Below the pieces are notes generated by a model that worked only from the letters and a program-made list of their open reading frames with translations, searched no databases and was not told where the DNA came from. The translations under genes and the position numbers were made by a program. 64,000 bases of DNA from an uncultured Clostridium sp. (GTDB taxonomy: Bacteria > Bacillota > Clostridia > TANB77 > CAG-508). The DNA is taken from positions 1,165 through 65,164 of the forward strand of contig CAMNPT010000002.1 of NCBI GenBank assembly GCA_946548575.1, read 5' to 3'. Below are positions 27,977-38,614 of this stretch, piece by piece. Each line of letters opens with the position of its first letter. The stretch's first letter is position 1.

Positions 27977-28666
27977 TTACTGGTCTTTTGTTTTACTTAA
28001 ACATTGTTTGTCTGGTTCTTTAAAACTTAAATACCAATTAATACCATTTTTATTTTCATTTATGTTCTGTACTGTTTCTTCTAATTGTTTAAAGGTTTGT
28101 GGCATTTGAACTATCACTGGCTGATTAGGCATCCAGTTTGCTGCTGTAGAACCTTCTGTACAATCTGCCATTTGTATTGCTTGCACTGTTCTTAATATTT
28201 CTGGAATAAATCTTCCAACATTCATTGGATAAACCATTATTGTTCTTATTATACCTTTTTCATCTATAATAAATACATTTCTAACTGTCGATGTATTTGA
28301 TATATCACTTGCTATCATTCCATATTTTCTTGAAATTTGTCCGCTTCTATCTGCAACTATTGGAAAAGATAACTTTATTCCTGTTCTACAATATATGTCA
28401 TAAACCCATGCTAAATGTGAAGAATTACTATCAATGCTTAATCCTAATAATTCTGTATTTATTTTTTTAAAAAAAGGATATGCTCTTTCAAATGCAATCA
28501 TCTCAGTTGTACATACTGGAGTAAAATCTCCAGGATGACTAAAAAATACAAGCCATTTTCCTTTGTAATTATCTAAATTTATTTTTCCAAAAGTAGTATC
28601 TGCTTCAAAATCAGGTGCTTTTTGCCCTATTTTTACATTTCCATTCATCATTAATTCATAATCCAT
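27977..28666 (-). CDS. peroxiredoxin (Prx6/1-Cys-like)
   Basis: 229-aa ORF with the active-site motif FFSHPGDFTPVCTTE. Confidence 0.88.
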   Translation of the reverse strand: MDYELMMNGNVKIGQKAPDFEADTTFGKINLDNYKGKWLVFFSHPGDFTPVCTTEMIAFERAYPFFKKINTELLGLSIDSNSSHLAWVYDIYCRTGIKLSFPIVADRSGQISRKYGMIASDISNTSTVRNVFIIDEKGIIRTIMVYPMNVGRFIPEILRTVQAIQMADCTEGSTAANWMPNQPVIVQMPQTFKQLEETVQNINENKNGINWYLSFKEPDKQCLSKTKDQ

Positions 28667-28726
28667 AATTAATAAAAACTCCTCTCATATTATTATTTTA
28701 TAATATGAGAGAAGTTATAATTAAGT

Positions 28727-29269
28727 TCAATTTTCATTTTCCATATCTTTTATATTGTTTGATTTTTTTAATAACTTAAAAATTTTACTTAGTTTATTTG
28801 TATTTTCATAATTAATATTTTTATCATTTGACACTATTGGATGAATTTCATATTTTATATTAAATATTTTAAAATCTTCTAATTCATCTTTTTCTAAACA
28901 ATCTAAATAAACATTTAGTTCATCTAAATTTTTACAAGCAGTTATAATTGCTGGATGTAAATATCTTTTAAACATCATTTCAATTGGTAATGTTAATGTA
29001 TATATAGATGAATTTTTTTTACTTTTTGATATAAGATTTATTGTTTCATTATATCTTGATACAAACTGAAATTTATAGTATGAAAGAGGTTTAGTAAATT
29101 TATTAGATATAACATCTTCAGCTAATTTGAAATCATTTTCTTTATTTTCTAATAATTCTTCAATTTCATTTGAAGTATATGGTAAAATAACCTTATCTTG
29201 TATCTCTGATATAAGCAAAGTATCATTGTTTTCTATTTTATTAACTTGTTCAGATTCATTTTTTATCAT
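28727..29269 (-). CDS. hypothetical protein
   Basis: 180-aa ORF with an AGAGGA RBS. Its start overlaps the upstream gene's stop by 4 nt (operon). No family recognised. Confidence 0.5.
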   Translation of the reverse strand: MIKNESEQVNKIENNDTLLISEIQDKVILPYTSNEIEELLENKENDFKLAEDVISNKFTKPLSYYKFQFVSRYNETINLISKSKKNSSIYTLTLPIEMMFKRYLHPAIITACKNLDELNVYLDCLEKDELEDFKIFNIKYEIHPIVSNDKNINYENTNKLSKIFKLLKKSNNIKDMENEN

Positions 29270-29889
29270 AATTGATCATCCTCTTTATATTTTGGTATAT
29301 TATACATTTCACGAGCTTCTTCTCGTATCATTCTTTTTTCTTCTTTTAAAATAATGTGTAAATAAATCAATATAACTGTTAATATAATTATAGTAATTTC
29401 TATTCCAGTTAAAAGCTTTGTTGATATTTTACCACCATTATCTAATCTATAAATTACTTTTCCTTTTATCTGTTCATAATTAACTAATTCTGCATCTGGT
29501 CCACTATTATTATCTCCCTTTGTCTGAAATTGTATTCTTCCATCATCAGATTTAGAGATTTGAATTACTCTATGTGTAGTGGTATTTTTTTCATTACCAG
29601 TATAATATGTTATAATATCATTTTCATTAATTTCATCTATATTTACTTTTTTTGTAACTATTAAATCTCCCTTATTATATGTTGGTTGCATGCTGTTTGT
29701 AGTTACCACATATTTCTTAAAACCAAAAATATCAATATCTTTTTCCTTCTTTATATAAACAGAAAAAGCTGTATCAATTAATATTAAAAAAGCAATAATA
29801 ACAAATGTAAAAAATATAAATTTATAATATCTTCTTCTTTTTCTTTTTCTTTCATTTTTTTGTTTTATCATATCATTTGTATATATCAT
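29266..29889 (-). CDS. signal peptidase I, SipW/archaeal type (S26B)
   Basis: 207-aa ORF with catalytic-region motifs TNSMQPT, THRV and GDNN, plus N- and C-terminal TM segments. Confidence 0.75.
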   Translation of the reverse strand: MIYTNDMIKQKNERKRKRRRYYKFIFFTFVIIAFLILIDTAFSVYIKKEKDIDIFGFKKYVVTTNSMQPTYNKGDLIVTKKVNIDEINENDIITYYTGNEKNTTTHRVIQISKSDDGRIQFQTKGDNNSGPDAELVNYEQIKGKVIYRLDNGGKISTKLLTGIEITIIILTVILIYLHIILKEEKRMIREEAREMYNIPKYKEDDQL

Positions 29890-29892
29890 TTA

Positions 29893-31608
29893 TTATTCTC
29901 CCTGTTTTAATCTTAAATAACCTAGTTCATCCCAGACATTATAAGCTAAATTAAGTCTAAATACTAATGTTGGCTTTGCTCCTGCTCTGTTTTTATCTAC
30001 AACACATGCATAATATCTAACATCAGGATCATCATATTTTTTAAGTGGAAAATATTCAGTATCAACTTCTTTTAAAGAATATTCATAATTTTTTAAAGTA
30101 TCTCTATGTATCTGTTTCATTAAAGTTAAAGTATCTAATACTTCTTTAACTGTTCTACTAACTGCCAAATCATTTACAGTTAAATTAACTGGTAATGTAT
30201 CACTTTCTGCTAATTGTAATGTTGAACAAATATATAAATTAAAATTTTGTGCTAAGTTTGATAGTATTGTTGCTGTTTTCTTTAATTCTTCACCTATACC
30301 AATATTTGCTGTATCTGTTTTTAGTGTATCATAAAAAACATACTCAATTTGTTCTTTATAATAATAATTCATTATAACTTTTTTTAATTCATCATTTGTA
30401 TGGTCTGTAATATTTATAAAATAGATTGAATTTTTAATTTCTTTACTTGCCCAATCTGTTATTGCAACAACTTTTTTAAAATCAGAAGAAACCTTTAAAA
30501 GTCTTTTTACAAATTCTCCTTGTTTTTCACCTTCATTTTTTACAACATAACCTTTTTCATCAACTTGTACTTCATTTGGATTATCTGGTCTAAATTTAAA
30601 TTCCAATAATTCACCTTCTGTTATGGTTACATCTTGTCCATGTAATTTTTTTATTTTTGGATTATTAATAATTGTAGTAATTAAACAAAGTTTCATTTTT
30701 TCTTCTGACATTTCGTTTGATATTACTAAAACTTTCTTTTTATGAACTAATGCTGTATGTGCTGCAATATTCATTGTAAGCCTACTTTTACCTGCATTTG
30801 AAGGCATTGCAATAGACATAGTTTCTCCCTTTCTTATTCCTTTGAATACACTATTAAGGATAGGAAAAGGTAATTCTAATCCATTTCTTAAATTATTTTC
30901 ACCTATTTCTAAGAAGTCAGTTAAATGCTCATTTAAAACTGCTCTTTTAAATTTCTCAGTATCATTAATTTGAATAATAGCACTTTCTACTTCTTCTATA
31001 GACATTTTATCATATAAAAGATAGTCTGTAATTTCAACTACTTTGTCTTGAATGGTTTTTACAGGTATGGCTAAATAATTTTTTCTTAATACAAATAATT
31101 TTTTTAATTCTAAATATATTTTTTCCATATCATAATTTTTGTTTTCAACTTGTGATTTTAATTCATTTTTAAAATGATAAACTCTTTCTGAATCTTTTGC
31201 AAAATTAAAGTTTTGCTTAGCTATTTCAGGTGTGTATCTTCCACCTTCTGTAAATAATACACTTTTATATACATTTAGAATTTCTTCATCCTCAAAATAG
31301 CATAAATCATATACAAAATAATATTTTACTATTAATTTAGGATCTGTAAGTAATAGTCCCATATATATATGTTCTAATTCTATATTACTTAACTTCTTTG
31401 GATATATACCCTGATCTTCTTCAACTTCTTCAATTATTTCTTCTGGCTCTTCTTGTGTATTATTTAATTCTTCTATTTTCTTTAGTACTTCCATATATTC
31501 TTCATTTAGTAAACTTTCTTTTATTTCATCTATCTTATCTTTGTTTTTATCAGTAACAGGAATATTGTTTATCAATTCGTATATTTTCTTTATTTTATCT
31601 TTTTCCAT
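29893..31608 (-). CDS. divergent DnaB-like helicase-family protein
   Basis: 571-aa ORF with a DnaB N-terminal-like segment (IELEHIYMGLLLTDPKLI) and a RecA-type core with the Walker A-like AMPSNAGKSRLTMN. The Walker B region is atypical (VLVISNEMSEE). Confidence 0.6.
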   Translation of the reverse strand: MEKDKIKKIYELINNIPVTDKNKDKIDEIKESLLNEEYMEVLKKIEELNNTQEEPEEIIEEVEEDQGIYPKKLSNIELEHIYMGLLLTDPKLIVKYYFVYDLCYFEDEEILNVYKSVLFTEGGRYTPEIAKQNFNFAKDSERVYHFKNELKSQVENKNYDMEKIYLELKKLFVLRKNYLAIPVKTIQDKVVEITDYLLYDKMSIEEVESAIIQINDTEKFKRAVLNEHLTDFLEIGENNLRNGLELPFPILNSVFKGIRKGETMSIAMPSNAGKSRLTMNIAAHTALVHKKKVLVISNEMSEEKMKLCLITTIINNPKIKKLHGQDVTITEGELLEFKFRPDNPNEVQVDEKGYVVKNEGEKQGEFVKRLLKVSSDFKKVVAITDWASKEIKNSIYFINITDHTNDELKKVIMNYYYKEQIEYVFYDTLKTDTANIGIGEELKKTATILSNLAQNFNLYICSTLQLAESDTLPVNLTVNDLAVSRTVKEVLDTLTLMKQIHRDTLKNYEYSLKEVDTEYFPLKKYDDPDVRYYACVVDKNRAGAKPTLVFRLNLAYNVWDELGYLRLKQGE

Positions 31609-31705
31609 ATCTATCCTCCATTTTTTTCTTTATTATATACTTTTACAATATTTTTCGCAATAGATTTTTTATAAAATTTATGATATACTATTTAAGGTGA
31701 TTGAA

Positions 31706-33394
31706 ATGGCCTTTGATGGAATCGTAACAAAAGCTATTGCTTCTGAATTACAGCAACTTTTGGGAGCAAGAATTGATAAAATATTTCAACCTAATTCTAA
31801 TAATATAATTTTAGGTTTTTATTTTAATGGAAATAATTATGCTTTAAATATATGCACTAATTCTAATAATTATAGAATAAGCTTAACTACTCATCCTAAA
31901 CCAAATCCAAAAATTGCACCTAATTTTTGTATGGTTTTAAGAAAACATTTACTTGGATTACATATAAAAAATATTATTACTAATAATTTGGAAAGAATTA
32001 TAACAATTGAATTTGAAGGGTTTGATGATATTGATGACATTGTTTCTAAAAAACTTGTCATAGAATTGATGGGCAAACATTGTAATGTAATCTTACTTAA
32101 TGAGGAAAATATTATTATTGATAGTTTACGTCATATTAATAATGAAAATAGTACTCATATTATTATTCCAAATATTAGATATAAATATCCAAATGTTTCA
32201 AAACTTAATTTTTTAGATTGTTTAAATTTTGAAGAATTTAAAAATAAAACAAATAATAATATTGATTGTATTTCCGATATTTATAATGGTATTAGCAAAC
32301 AATTTATTAATTTTATTAAAGAAAATTTATTAATTAATGATTTAGAGAGTATTTACAATTATTTAAATAGCATAATTTCAAATACAGATTCTTTAAATTT
32401 AAAATTTGAAATATATAATAATGATTATTTTTTAGTACCTTCTTCTTATTTAGAAAACTTATCATTAAATTTTTTCATAGATGATTTTTATTATAAAAAA
32501 GAATGTGCTGAAGATTTAAAAATATATAGAGATACTGTACTTAAACTTATATTATCTACTTTATCAAAATATAAGAAAAGACTTAAAAATATTGATACCA
32601 AATTATCAGAATGTACTAATATGGATAAATATAGGTTATATGGAGAACTTATTACTGCAAATTTATATAAAATCAAAAAAGATAATTTATCTGAAATTAA
32701 ATTAGAAAATTATTATGATAATAATAATTTAATTACTATTCCTTTAGATAATAAATATTCGCCAAATATTAATGCTAAAAAATTTTTTAAAAAATATAAC
32801 AAATTAAAAAATGCTTTAGAAGTTGTTAGTATACAAAAAAAGGAAACTATTGAAGAATTAAATTATATAGAAAGTATTGTTTATGAATTAGAAGCGGCAA
32901 CCTCAGTTGAAGATGTTTCTGAAATATTTGATGAAATTTCCGAAAATGTTATATTTAAGGATAAAACTGATAAATTTAAGCAGAAGAAAAACGTAAAAGT
33001 AAAAAAATCATCATTAACAAGAAATAAAAAAGTATCATTTAATCCTCTAAAATATTCGATTAATGGGTATACACTTTTAGTTGGAAGAAATAATAAAGAG
33101 AATGATTATTTAACCTTAAAATATGCACATAAATCAGATTTATGGTTTCATACAAAAGAAATTCATGGAAGTCATGCTATACTTTTATTAAATATGTCTA
33201 ATACAAAAAAAGAACCAAGTAAAGATATTTTAATAAAATGTGCTGAAATTACTGCTAAACATAGTAAGGCTAAATTTTCTTCAAATGTACCTGTTGACTA
33301 CTGTGAAGTTAAATATGTTAAAAAACCCCATGGTGCAAAACCTGGTATGGTTATTTATAGTAATAATTCAACATTATTTGTAACTCCTAAATAA
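31706..33394 (+). CDS. rqcH: RqcH / FbpA-type NFACT ribosome quality-control protein
   Basis: Starts MAFDGIVTKAI.. with an AAGGTGA RBS. The C-terminal DUF814 region is ..WFHTKEIHGSHAILL.. Confidence 0.85.
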   Translation: MAFDGIVTKAIASELQQLLGARIDKIFQPNSNNIILGFYFNGNNYALNICTNSNNYRISLTTHPKPNPKIAPNFCMVLRKHLLGLHIKNIITNNLERIITIEFEGFDDIDDIVSKKLVIELMGKHCNVILLNEENIIIDSLRHINNENSTHIIIPNIRYKYPNVSKLNFLDCLNFEEFKNKTNNNIDCISDIYNGISKQFINFIKENLLINDLESIYNYLNSIISNTDSLNLKFEIYNNDYFLVPSSYLENLSLNFFIDDFYYKKECAEDLKIYRDTVLKLILSTLSKYKKRLKNIDTKLSECTNMDKYRLYGELITANLYKIKKDNLSEIKLENYYDNNNLITIPLDNKYSPNINAKKFFKKYNKLKNALEVVSIQKKETIEELNYIESIVYELEAATSVEDVSEIFDEISENVIFKDKTDKFKQKKNVKVKKSSLTRNKKVSFNPLKYSINGYTLLVGRNNKENDYLTLKYAHKSDLWFHTKEIHGSHAILLLNMSNTKKEPSKDILIKCAEITAKHSKAKFSSNVPVDYCEVKYVKKPHGAKPGMVIYSNNSTLFVTPK

Positions 33395-33429
33395 ATTGAA
33401 ATTGTTGCTCTTAGTAAAATGAACATTTT

Positions 33430-33458
33430 TTGATTTTTTATGTAAATTGTGGTATAAT
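33430..33458 (+). promoter_or_regulatory. sigma-A-type promoter TTGATT-17 nt-TATAAT with TGn extension
   Basis: Read directly. About 80 nt upstream of the 33542 ORF. A 12-bp palindrome GGGCAATTGCCC sits just before the RBS. Confidence 0.6.
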
Positions 33459-33541
33459 TAATGTAGGTGAAACGTTTATACTCCGATTCATCTGTAGCTT
33501 TTAACATTTTTATTGGGCAATTGCCCACAAGGAGGAACATT

Positions 33542-33811
33542 ATGGAAGAAAGAATCATTAGAGTAAATGGATGTGACTACATTATACGGGTCGAAGAATA
33601 TAATGTCTTCATTGGCACACCTGGAGTTGTTTCCAGGATTGGAGGCCAATTAATGGCACATAAAGTAATGGAATCCCTGAAATGGGAACCTACAAGAACT
33701 TTCTTAGATCTGCACTTGAAAGGAAGATCCTGCATTGGTGTAGGATACAAAATTCCATATTTTATTCGCCTGTTTCATAAGCCGATGGAATACATTATCC
33801 AGAACATCTAA
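33542..33811 (+). CDS. 89-aa orphan protein (compositionally atypical)
   Basis: An AAGGAGG RBS precedes MEERIIRVNG... G+C is higher than in the flanks. One in-frame CGG lies at 33590-33592, and a terminator follows. Confidence 0.5.
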   Translation: MEERIIRVNGCDYIIRVEEYNVFIGTPGVVSRIGGQLMAHKVMESLKWEPTRTFLDLHLKGRSCIGVGYKIPYFIRLFHKPMEYIIQNI

Positions 33812-33819
33812 ACACCTAA

Positions 33820-33851
33820 AAAACCACTCTTAATTTAAGAGTGGTTTTTTC
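33820..33851 (+). terminator. rho-independent terminator
   Basis: AACCACTCTTA-ATT-TAAGAGTGGTT followed by TTTTTT. Confidence 0.85.
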
Positions 33852-33852
33852 T

Positions 33853-33882
33853 CTTGCCATTTATCTCCGACCCCATTGGCAA
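33853..33882. repeat. REP-like element CTTGCCATTTATCTCCGACCCCATTGGCAA (family copy b)
   Basis: Same family as 17029-17058 and 52424-52483. Lies immediately after a terminator. Confidence 0.7.
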
Positions 33883-33885
33883 CTT

Positions 33886-34362
33886 TTAAAAAAAGATTCC
33901 GTATGTAAAAATTAGTGCTGTTAATATTTCAATTTTACTCCATTCATGGTCTAAAAATTTTATTTTTCCTAATCCATCTGTTAGTGAACCTTCTATTTTG
34001 TCTACTATTGAGGTTTTAAAATATTTTACTCCTTCAGCTTCAAAGAAAAACGAAAAATCTTGAGATTTGTTATTTTTATCAATTTCAACATATTTTGTAC
34101 CTATGATATTATCTTTATCATTATATAAGTCAAATTTGATTAAATTACCTTCTAATTTAGATGTGTCTTCTATTCTTCCTTTTACTTTTCCATTTACTCT
34201 TGTTGATTCAGCTTCTGTTATTTCAATTCCAGGTATATCACTTTCTTTTGAATCCATTTTTTTATATGATGCATTTAATCCCATATTTATTATTATTTCT
34301 GAAAAAACAATAAATAATACTAACCACATGACATATTTAAATAGTGTTTTTAATCTACTCAT
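33886..34362 (-). CDS. hypothetical membrane protein
   Basis: 158-aa ORF with N- and C-terminal hydrophobic segments. Confidence 0.5.
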   Translation of the reverse strand: MSRLKTLFKYVMWLVLFIVFSEIIINMGLNASYKKMDSKESDIPGIEITEAESTRVNGKVKGRIEDTSKLEGNLIKFDLYNDKDNIIGTKYVEIDKNNKSQDFSFFFEAEGVKYFKTSIVDKIEGSLTDGLGKIKFLDHEWSKIEILTALIFTYGIFF

Positions 34363-34468
34363 AATATTTCTCCAATTCTTACTAATATGTCTATATTATA
34401 GCAAATTTTATAAGATTTTTCAATATATCTAATCATAATATCCCTTATTTTATATTTTATAACATTAT

Positions 34469-36295
34469 CTAATCACTTTCAACATCAAATTGTGAATTGT
34501 ATAATCCTGCATAAAATCCGTTTTTTGCAAGAAGTTCTTCATGTTTTCCTTGTTCTACTATATCTCCATGGTTCATTACTAATATTAAATCTGCATTTTT
34601 TATAGTTGAAAGTCTATGTGCTATTATAAAGCTTGTTCTTCCTTGCATAAGAGTGTCCATAGCTTTTTGTATTTCTATTTCTGTTCTTGTATCTATTGAG
34701 CTTGTTGCTTCATCTAATATTAATATTTTAGGGTCTGTTAATATTACTCTTGCTATAGTTAATAATTGTTTTTGACCTGCTGACACATTACTAGATTCTT
34801 CGTTTAATACTGATTTATATCCTTTAGGTAATGTTTTTATAAAATGATGGACTCTTGCTGCCTTTGCAGCATTAATAACTTCTTCTTCTGTTGCGTTTTC
34901 TTTTCCATATTTTATATTGTCTTTAACTGTTCCACTAAATAGCCATGTATCTTGTAAAACCATACCAAATAGTCTTCTTAAATCTCCGCGTGTAAAGTCT
35001 TTTATATTGTGTCCATCTACTTTTATTTCACCTGAGTTTACATCATAAAATCTCATTAATAATTTTACCATTGTTGTTTTTCCTGCTCCTGTAGGTCCAA
35101 CAATTGCTATTTTCTGACCTTCTTTTACTTGTGCATTAAAGTCATTTATTATTATATTATTTTCATCATATCCAAATTTGACATTATTGAATTCTATATT
35201 TCCTTTTATATTAGAAATATCTATTTTACCTTTTTGTGTTTCACTTTCTTCTGGTTGTTCTAAAAATTCAAATATTCGTTCTGCAGCAGCTATCATGGCT
35301 TGAAGCATTCCAGATATTTGTGCAATTTGATTTATTGGATGTGTGAATTGTTTATTATATTGTATAAAACTTTGTATATTCCCAACAGTAATTTTACCTT
35401 GTATTGCTAAATATCCCCCTGCTACAGCTACACCTACATATCCAACATTTGATATAAAATTCATTACAGGAAACATTAATCCAGATAAAAATTGAGATTT
35501 CCATCCAGAATGATATAATTCACTATTTGCTTTTTCAAATTCCTTTTGTGCTTTTTCCTCTCCATTAAATACTTTTACTATGTTCAAACCACCATATATT
35601 TCTTCAACTTGACCATTCACAGTAGCTAAATAGTCTTGCTGTTTTTTAAAATATTTTTGAGATTTACCTACAATAGTTTTTACAATAAGTCCTGATATTG
35701 GAAGAATAACAAGAGATATTAGAGTCATTTCCCAGCTTATAGAAAACATCATTATTAATATTCCTACTATTGTACAAATTGAGGTTATTATTTGTGTTAT
35801 ACTTTGGTTTAAGTTAGAGTTCAATGTATCAATATCATTTGTAATAATAGATAAAATTTCTCCATGTGTTTTTGTATCAAAATATTTCATAGGTAGCTTG
35901 TTTATTTTTTGAGCAATATCATTTCTTAATTTATATGTAAGCTTTTGAGATACTCCTGTCATTGTAAATCCTTGTACAAAAGAGAAAATGGCACTTACAC
36001 TATATAATCCAAGTAACATTAATAAAATTTGTCCAATTTTGTCAAAATCAATTCCACTTCCACCAGATAATTTTGAAACTAATCCATTAAATATTTCTGT
36101 TGTGGCATTTCCAAGTATTTTAGGTCCTATAATTGTAAAAATTGTACTTCCAATTGCAAATATAAAAACAATTATAAGTTTAAATCTATAGTCAACTAAA
36201 TAATTATTAATAAGTTTTTTAGTAGTTCCTTTAAAATTTTTTGCTCTTTCTGTAGTAAGACCTTTTCTTCCTGGCCTGGCCATATTTCTTGGCAT
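34469..36295 (-). CDS. ABC exporter, fused permease/ATPase (heterodimer partner)
   Basis: 608-aa ORF with Walker A GPTGAGKTT, the signature VSAGQKQLL and Walker B ILILDEAT. Confidence 0.9.
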   Translation of the reverse strand: MPRNMARPGRKGLTTERAKNFKGTTKKLINNYLVDYRFKLIIVFIFAIGSTIFTIIGPKILGNATTEIFNGLVSKLSGGSGIDFDKIGQILLMLLGLYSVSAIFSFVQGFTMTGVSQKLTYKLRNDIAQKINKLPMKYFDTKTHGEILSIITNDIDTLNSNLNQSITQIITSICTIVGILIMMFSISWEMTLISLVILPISGLIVKTIVGKSQKYFKKQQDYLATVNGQVEEIYGGLNIVKVFNGEEKAQKEFEKANSELYHSGWKSQFLSGLMFPVMNFISNVGYVGVAVAGGYLAIQGKITVGNIQSFIQYNKQFTHPINQIAQISGMLQAMIAAAERIFEFLEQPEESETQKGKIDISNIKGNIEFNNVKFGYDENNIIINDFNAQVKEGQKIAIVGPTGAGKTTMVKLLMRFYDVNSGEIKVDGHNIKDFTRGDLRRLFGMVLQDTWLFSGTVKDNIKYGKENATEEEVINAAKAARVHHFIKTLPKGYKSVLNEESSNVSAGQKQLLTIARVILTDPKILILDEATSSIDTRTEIEIQKAMDTLMQGRTSFIIAHRLSTIKNADLILVMNHGDIVEQGKHEELLAKNGFYAGLYNSQFDVESD

Positions 36296-36297
36296 AA

Positions 36298-38502
36298 TTA
36301 TTCCTCCTCTCCATGTCCTTTAGGTGACATATCTCTATGGGACATTTCTTCTTCTGAAAGCTGTGATAGTGCAATTTGTCTATATGTTTCATTATTTTTC
36401 ATCAATGTTTCATGTGTTCCAATTCCTACTATTTTTCCTTCATCTAGTACTATTATCTGGTCAGCATTTAAAATTGTACTTATTCTTTGTGCTACAATTA
36501 TAACTGTTTTATTTTGAGTTTTTTCTTTTAAAGCTTCCCTTAAATTGCTATCTGTTTTAAAATCTAATGCTGAAAAACTATCATCAAATACAAATATTTC
36601 TGGATCTTTTGCAATTGCCCTTGCAATAGATATACGTTGTTTTTGACCTCCAGATACATTTGTTCCACCTTGTGAAATTGGAGATTTATATTTTTCTTCC
36701 ATTTTTTCAATAAATTCTGTAGCTTGCGCTATTTTTGCTGCTTCTATCATTTTTTCATCAGAGATATTTTCATCTGCATATTTTATGTTTGATTCTATTG
36801 TTCCTGAAAACAATATTCCCCTTTGTGGCACAAACCCTATAATATCTCTCAATTTTTTTTGAGATACATCTTGTATATTTACACCATCTATTAGAATTTC
36901 ACCATTTGTAACATCATAAAATCTTGGTAATAAATTAACAATAGTTGACTTTCCACTTCCTGTACTTCCAATGATTGCTGTTGTTTTTCCTGGCTCAGCT
37001 ATAAAGTTTATATCCTCTAATATTTCTGTTTCTGCATCTGGATATTTGAAACTTACATTTTTAAATTCTACTAATCCCTTTTTATTTACATCAAATTCTA
37101 ATGTTTCTTTCTTATCTTTTATGTCTGGCTCTGTTTCTAGAACTTCATTTATTCTACTACTTGAAATTGATGCTCTTGGAAGTGCAATTGATATCATTGA
37201 AATCATTAAAAATGCTGTTACAATTTGCATCATATATTGAATAAATGCCATCATATCTCCAACTTGTACAAGTCCTTGGTCAACACTATGTCCTCCGACC
37301 CATATAACTAAAATACCCATACCATTCATTATAAACATCATCATTGGCATCATTATAGACATTGTTTTATTTACAAATATATTTGTTTTCTTTAAATCAT
37401 TATTTGCAACTTCAAATCTTGCTTCTTCACTTTTTTCTTTATTAAAAGCTCTTATAACTGGAAGACCTGTTAAAATTTCTCTAGATACTAAGTTTAGCCT
37501 ATCTGTTAAATCTTGTAACTTTTTAAATTTTGGCATTGCTATTATAAATAAAGTACCTACAACAAATAAAATTGCTAACAAACCAACCCCTATAATCCAA
37601 GCCATAGAATTATCATTATTTGTTAAAACTTTAATAAATCCACCAATTCCAATTACAGGTGCATAAACTATTACTCTAAACATCATACTAACCATTTGTT
37701 GAATTTGTGAAATATCATTTGTGCTTCTTGTAATTAGTGATGCTGTTGAAAACTCTCTTAATTCTTTAGTTGAAAAACTAACAACTTTTTTAAATACTTT
37801 TTCTCTAAGTAATCTACCTAATTTAGCACCAACTTTTGCAGATAATAGCATAACAGAAATAGCACATACCATTGCAATTAATGCAATACCTAGCATTTGA
37901 AGACCAGATTTTAAAATGTAGTTATTTTGCAATTTATCTGTATCTATACCTAAATCTTTGTAAATTAACTTTATACTACTTACCGCTGTTTGCTCTTTAA
38001 TAGAGTCTGACATTTCATTTATCCTATCTGTTAATTGAGCAAGTATTGGCTCTTTTTCTTGTTCTGGCATATTGATAAACTCTTTATTTTTTAAATTAGG
38101 AAACTTTATTAAAGGAGCTACTAAAATAGAAGATAATTCGTTTAATTTATCTTCATCAATTTGATTTAATACATAAATTGTATTAGGCTCAATTTTATTA
38201 TCTTTACCTAAATATTGGTTTACAATTTTTTCTTGATATTCAGTTTTATTATCTTCTATTAAAGAATAATTATTTAAAACTTCATCATCTTTATCTGTGA
38301 ATTGAAGTATTTCTTCCATATCATCTTTAGAAATAATGCTTGGCACACTACTTTCTATTCCACCAGCTTGTATACCCACATTTACTATTTTAGATGTATA
38401 TTCTGGCAAAGCTAAATCTATTGTAGCTTGCACACATAACAAAATTACAATTACAACTACTGACCAAAATGTATATTTTAAATTACTTATGATTTTTAAC
38501 AT
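36298..38502 (-). CDS. ABC exporter, fused permease/ATPase with a long extracytoplasmic insert
   Basis: Start at MLKIISNL (AGGAGG RBS), with Walker A GSTGSGKST, the signature VSGGQKQRI and Walker B IFVFDDSF. Confidence 0.9.
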   Translation of the reverse strand: MLKIISNLKYTFWSVVVIVILLCVQATIDLALPEYTSKIVNVGIQAGGIESSVPSIISKDDMEEILQFTDKDDEVLNNYSLIEDNKTEYQEKIVNQYLGKDNKIEPNTIYVLNQIDEDKLNELSSILVAPLIKFPNLKNKEFINMPEQEKEPILAQLTDRINEMSDSIKEQTAVSSIKLIYKDLGIDTDKLQNNYILKSGLQMLGIALIAMVCAISVMLLSAKVGAKLGRLLREKVFKKVVSFSTKELREFSTASLITRSTNDISQIQQMVSMMFRVIVYAPVIGIGGFIKVLTNNDNSMAWIIGVGLLAILFVVGTLFIIAMPKFKKLQDLTDRLNLVSREILTGLPVIRAFNKEKSEEARFEVANNDLKKTNIFVNKTMSIMMPMMMFIMNGMGILVIWVGGHSVDQGLVQVGDMMAFIQYMMQIVTAFLMISMISIALPRASISSSRINEVLETEPDIKDKKETLEFDVNKKGLVEFKNVSFKYPDAETEILEDINFIAEPGKTTAIIGSTGSGKSTIVNLLPRFYDVTNGEILIDGVNIQDVSQKKLRDIIGFVPQRGILFSGTIESNIKYADENISDEKMIEAAKIAQATEFIEKMEEKYKSPISQGGTNVSGGQKQRISIARAIAKDPEIFVFDDSFSALDFKTDSNLREALKEKTQNKTVIIVAQRISTILNADQIIVLDEGKIVGIGTHETLMKNNETYRQIALSQLSEEEMSHRDMSPKGHGEEE

Positions 38503-38614
38503 AATTCCTCCTTCTATTTTATTATTCAATCTTTCTTCGAATAATAAAAGTACCTTATTATTATACTTAATAAGGCACTTTTTGTAAATGTTTTTTTTAT
38601 AATTTATAGAAAAA

